64,000 nt of DNA from Adineta vaga (Eukaryota; Animalia; Rotifera): the NCBI GenBank assembly GCA_021613535.1, contig CP075497.1, positions 4,960,001-5,024,000 on the forward strand, in the 5' to 3' direction. A program made the position numbers and the translations under genes. Shown here one piece after another: positions 59,147 through 64,000 of the stretch. Each line of letters begins with the position of its first letter. The stretch's first letter is position 1. Below the pieces are notes generated by a model. It was not told where the DNA came from and did no database searches. It saw only the letters and a program-made list of their open reading frames with translations.

Positions 59147-60494
59147 ATGCGTTCGTCATCACTTTTAAAAGCTGTCGTTTCGGTTTGTAAAATCTTATGT
59201 TAGCTATGAACGTGTTTAATAATATTGTTTTTTATTTAGACTTTAAATCGTACATGTCAACGTTATCAAAATACAGCTAGTCAAGCAGACCTAGTATTAC
59301 ACACTGATCCTGTTCTTCCAATCATTGATTTTTCTTCATTTGCAAGTAAAAATGAAGCAAACAATTATTCTCGTGATATAATTGAAAAATTAGCTAATGC
59401 TTGTGAACATGTTGGATTCTTTTATGCGATTGGTATGTAGTGTTGTCATTCATGTTTCAACTAAATTCAACAATCATTTAGGTCATGGAGTATCAAATGA
59501 ATTACTTCTTCGAACATTATCTATCACACGTCAATTATTTGATCTAGATTCAAAAATAAAAAATCAATATGCTGCTCGTTTATTTACGAATTCATCAAAT
59601 AGAGATCAGAAATATGGTGGATTTGGTCGTGGTTATCAAAGTCTTGGTGAAAATGTTACGAATACAAAACGTGATCGACATGAAGGCTTTGATCTGTATC
59701 GTGAATTAGAAAAAAATCATCCACTTCGTTTACAATTTGATAATACAAATTTAACTGATAAGAATTTACCTGATTATCGTGATTTGGCTGTAGGACAGAA
59801 TCCATGGCCAAAGGAATTACCATTATTTAGAGAAATCTTAACAGAATACACTAAAGCTATGTTACAAGCAGGTGAACGTGTCATGCGTGGCATTGCTCTT
59901 TCCTTGGATTTACCTATGAATTATTTTGAAACAACGTTCAATGATTCATTTTGGGTAAAGAGAAAACACAATTTGTAATTGATTTCGTTCTAAACATCTT
60001 GTTATATTCTTTAGGTTATTCGTTGTATTCGTTATCCATCTGTTGAATCAAGTGAAAGCAAATCACCTGAATATGGTCATGGTTGTGGCGAACATTCTGA
60101 TTATGGTTGGCTGACATTTGTTAATCAAGATCTTGATTCACGTAATTGTCTTCATGTTCGAACAAGTGACACATCAAAAGCGACATATGTATCAGCTGAT
60201 CCTATCGTTGTTGAAGAGCAAATTGCATTAACATGTAATATTGGTGATATTGTTGCATTTATTACAAATAATAAATATCGTTCAACACGTCATTGTGTAG
60301 TTAGTCCTGTGAAACCAGCTCGATCACGTATATCAACTCCGTTCTTTTTCGAACCAAATCTTGATGTTAAATTACGCATTAATGAAACTGCTTCGGAATG
60401 TTATTATGGTGAATATTTAATCAATAAAGTTCGAAATAACTTCAATTATCACAATGATGAACCAATTGATCATGCGTATATACATATTCTATAA
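59147..60494 (+). CDS. 2-oxoglutarate/Fe(II) dioxygenase of the IPNS/DIOX_N type, DIN11-like
   Basis: LPIIDFS..ACEHVGFFYAIG|HGVS; RGYQSLGENVT..DRHEGFD; NPWP; FW|VIRCIRYP; CGEHSDYGWLTFVNQD (HxD); NIGD..RSTRHCV (distal H); RISTPFF (RxS). Three GT-AG introns. Confidence 0.9.
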
Positions 60495-61212
60495 AGAACT
60501 TTCTGTTGTTTTCTTTTGTACACACAATCTTTGAATGATAAATATAAACTGATGGTCATAATAACCAGAAAATATGTAATAAGAAAAGTTTCTTCCTAAT
60601 AAAACCTATGAAAAGTAATTGTTCAGAATTCTTTCTTAATCTTCGATACTTTCATCTGTTGTTTTGAAGGGAAAAAAAACCAGTTAACATATTTAGTTTT
60701 ATGTTCTATTCTAAACATAGTCATATATACCATTTATCTCTACATAAAGTATCAATAAATCTGCAAAAAATTACCCAAAAACAAAATGGCATCTGTATAT
60801 TTATAACTGTAAACTACGAACGACGTGTGTGCTTTTATTTTTTTTTCTTTCATAGGATTATTGGTTGGTTACATGTACTTCGTGCATAAGTTAGTTCCAA
60901 TAGTCTATACGTACATATTTCAGACCAAGGTTTCTCCAGGGTAAGATGTCAATATCTAAGCTAGAAAGAATGTGAAATATTATTTATTAGAACAATAGAA
61001 AACGATTATTGTTGTGTCATTGTCAATTCCGTAGATATTAATTATATAAACCTACATTCTTTATCAGTAGAAATCTAATCGAATAGAACGAAAGAAACAA
61101 ACAAAATAGTCCAGAAGTCTATAGAGAGTGGAGCTCCATTCTTTTTCAGAATCTGTTCTAACATAGTATTTTCCTCAACTATACCATAATAAAATCATCT
61201 TTTCAGAGCAAC

Positions 61213-61748
61213 ATGGCACGTGCGAAACAATGTTGTTTCAGTTTTTGTAAAGAATTCAAAGCGTATGTAGTCGAATATCGGATATTTTTCTTTTTGTACA
61301 GCATTTTGTTTTCTTTGACGTTAGATTTGCTACTCGTGGTAATGTTTTGGATTTAGCAATTGGTATCGTTATTGGTACTGCATTTACGAATGTTATTCAA
61401 TCACTCGTTGATGATGTTATAACACCACCCTTGGGTTTAGTTTTGGGTGGTGTTGATTTTGTTAATTTAACGATTAAAATGAAAAATTTCATTTATAAAG
61501 ATCAACCACCAGTTGTTATTCGTTATGGCAAATTTATTCAATCAATTATCACATTATCTATTGTAGCAATGGCATTATTTTGCGTCCTTAAAGGCATTAA
61601 TCAGTTGTACAAGATGACTTCGAAAAAGAAAGACAAGAATAAAACTGAAACAATAATTGAAGTGAACGAAGAAGTGAAACTTTTACGAGAAATTCGAGAT
61701 TTATTAGCTCGACAGTTACAAATGGAACCGATGGCTATTCGATTATAA
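61213..61748 (+). CDS. mscL: Large-conductance mechanosensitive channel MscL (bacterial type) with one spliceosomal intron (61263-61324)
   Basis: KEFKA|FATRGNVLDLAIGIVIGTAFTNVIQSLVDDVITPPLGLVLGGVDF..YGKFIQSII..LLREIRDLL matches the MscL S1-TM1-TM2-C-helix layout. Confidence 0.95.
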
Positions 61749-62717
61749 TTTAATTTTCTTCTAAGGTATTTTTCTTCATAAAACAAATGGAATAAATATA
61801 TGTCGCATTAATATTCAAGAAAATTTATTGCAAAGACAACGAACTCATTTTGATGCAACTGAAAGTATCTGAATGAATTAGAATAAATTAGCAAAATGAT
61901 ATTATTGGCAAGAACATTGTCAATAATGATGCTTCACTAGCTGCTGATTAGAGAAAATTACACATCTAACAAAACAATTTCTAAGCCTGAAGTTATTGGT
62001 AATTATTGTAAATAAATACAGCGAAATTTCTTGGATAGTCAAGTTAAGGATGTGAATATATTTTACGCATTTCAAAAGAAAAACCGCATATTTGTTCGAC
62101 TATATCTGTATTCAACATATTTTATCAATGAAACAAATCTACTAGATATAATTGTCTACTTGACTTTACTATTCAGTTGGTGTTTTAGATTTGGTATAAT
62201 GAAAAATATTTTTATTACTCTGCTTTACTTTCTTTACCTTCATAGAGTACATGTCTCTTCAGACGAATAATAAACTAGATGTCTGAATTGCAATAGAATA
62301 AAATAGTCGTAAAGCGTTAAGTATTTCAAGTTTCATCGATAATCATCACCACAAACTACCTTTCAAAACTTATTGGACTGCATAGTTTTTGACGAAATTT
62401 CAGTACTACATTCAAATTAAGTCTAACCAACGCTGTCACAATGAAGTAAAGAATAATAAATCTTCAGTCTTTGTTTATTACTATTTTACAAACCTTTACT
62501 ATAGGTTTAGGAGGAAAATAATTCTCTGAAGGTCTATATCCCGCCAATAAATTCAAAAAAGACTTATAAAATAACAATAAATGTAGATTAAAAGTTTACA
62601 ATGTTTCACTAACATGTTTTAATGTTTGAGGGTGGGTGTGAGTATGTTTAATTCTTCTGTAAACGACAGTTTTAACGCGTTTCTTTTCATTAATTTTTAC
62701 TCCTATGCTAGATAAAT

Positions 62718-63250
62718 ATGAAACGTACAAAACAATGTTGTTTTAGTTTTTGTGGAACACTCAAAGAGTACGTATTCAATCCTTAAATGTTTTTTTTGTA
62801 CGTTAGCTGTATTTTTATTTTATTAGACTTGCTACTTGAGGTAATATCTTGAATTCAGCGATAAGTTTTGTTCTTGGCACTGCATTTTCTAATGTTATTC
62901 AATCACTTGTTGATGATATTATGACACCACCCTTAGGTTTAGTTTTGGGTGGTGTTGATTTCATTAATTTAACAATTAAAATGCCAAATTTCATTTATAA
63001 AGATCAACCACCAGTTGTTATTCGTTACGGAAGATTTATTCAAGCACTTATTACTCTAGTTATTGGGGGACTGTCACTTTTGGGTATACTCAAGAGTATC
63101 TATAAACTTTATAGAATAGCTTCGGAACAGGAACAAAAATCTGATTGTGAAACAGCAAATGAAGTAAGAGAAGAAGTGAAACTTTTACGAGAAATTCGGG
63201 ATATATTAGCTCGATCATCCCAAATGGAATCAGTGGATATTCAACTATAA
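62718..63250 (+). pseudogene. mscL: Second MscL copy with premature stop codon
   Basis: Same intron position (62768-62826). Spliced frame reads MKRTKQCCFSFCGTLKELAT*GNILNSAISFVLG; TGA at 62837-62839 replaces the Arg of RGN; the remaining frame is open. Confidence 0.8.
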
Positions 63251-63832
63251 CATCTTTTTTGTTCCACGACTTTTTTTTTCCAAAGATTAACTCTCTTTGT
63301 TATATTGCTTAATGTCATAGAAAAAAAAACATTTATTTGTTCGAAAAATGTCCGACGGCAATAGAAGTATATGCGTAGCGAAAGAATAAACGACTTCTAA
63401 ACTGTACAAATATATGATCTGCTAATGAGAAAAAAAGCACTACACACTCAAAAATAACTCGATGAGACCAAAGAGTAAAATAATAGATGAACAAAGAAAA
63501 AAAATTGATGACATGAACAAAATTTGAGTATTCGACAATCATTTTTATAAAAAAAAAAGAGAGAGAAGAAACAAGTAATACAAACGAAGTACACACGTAC
63601 ATATACAAAACGAAAAAGAAACTAACATGAAGTAAAATGTAACAAGAAACAAAAAAGGTAAAAATCGATTAATACGATTTCGACATGAGACGTAAATAAT
63701 CATTAATTATCTTTAACAGATAGATGACGAGATTCATGAGAAAGACGAAACATGCGAATATGAATACACATTGAAAATTGCACGAACTAAATACATATTC
63801 AATATGTTTTCATTGACTTGTTATCTTAGGAT

Positions 63833-64000
63833 TCATTTTTTGACTCGAGAACGAACTTTACGTGCAGGTTTGTCTAAATGATCAATGAATGATATTGTGA
63901 AATTGTAAAATAAAATCTCTTACCTTGTTGAGAACTGTCACTGTCTCGACGCATACCACCGACACCTTGTGCTGCTTGATTAGCTAATTTTGAAGCATAT
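63833..64000 (-). CDS. 3' end of an unidentified gene extending beyond the window
   Basis: ..YASKLANQAAQGVGGMRRDSDSSQQ|gtaag..ttag|DKPARKVRSRVKK* spliced in frame. Confidence 0.55.

Noticed and set aside
62837-62839. Selenocysteine recoding of the TGA in mscL copy 2
   Set aside because: The aligned residue is Arg, not Cys, and no SECIS-like element was evident downstream.
61213-63250. Bacterial contamination as the source of mscL
   Set aside because: Both copies have spliceosomal introns and host-like AT richness and are flanked by intron-containing genes; only a chimeric assembly with another eukaryote remains untested.

Overview
This is AT-rich eukaryotic (animal) genomic DNA, gene-dense, with many ~50-65 nt GT-AG introns. 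Short introns, intron-containing genes of non-metazoan type and duplicated SETDB1 fit a bdelloid rotifer; that assignment is inference and was not verified. Gene order: PTPN3/4-like (FERM-PDZ-PTP, runs off the left edge); two tandem SETDB1-like genes; two tandem paralogs with a PB1/ubiquitin-like domain plus a CCCH finger; a small orphan; an LHFPL tetraspan; an orphan; secreted peroxiredoxin (PRDX4-like); a tightly packed co-directional DRAP1-NUDCD1-INTS15-SYF2 cluster; an orphan single-pass membrane protein; a ~3,200-aa secreted mucin/adhesive-like protein with ~310 xGxxGST heptads; SAMD1-like behind a long CG-motif-rich upstream region; WBP11; GCN2; an orphan membrane protein; a DIN11-like 2OG-Fe(II) dioxygenase; two intron-containing bacterial-type MscL copies (the second with a premature TGA); and the 3' end of an unknown gene. 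The most notable observations are the domesticated MscL channel in an animal genome, a candidate trans-spliced operon, the candidate glue protein, the divergent SETDB1 pair, and a 5-nt micro-exon that completes a CCCH finger. All exon models were read by eye and no database searches were run.
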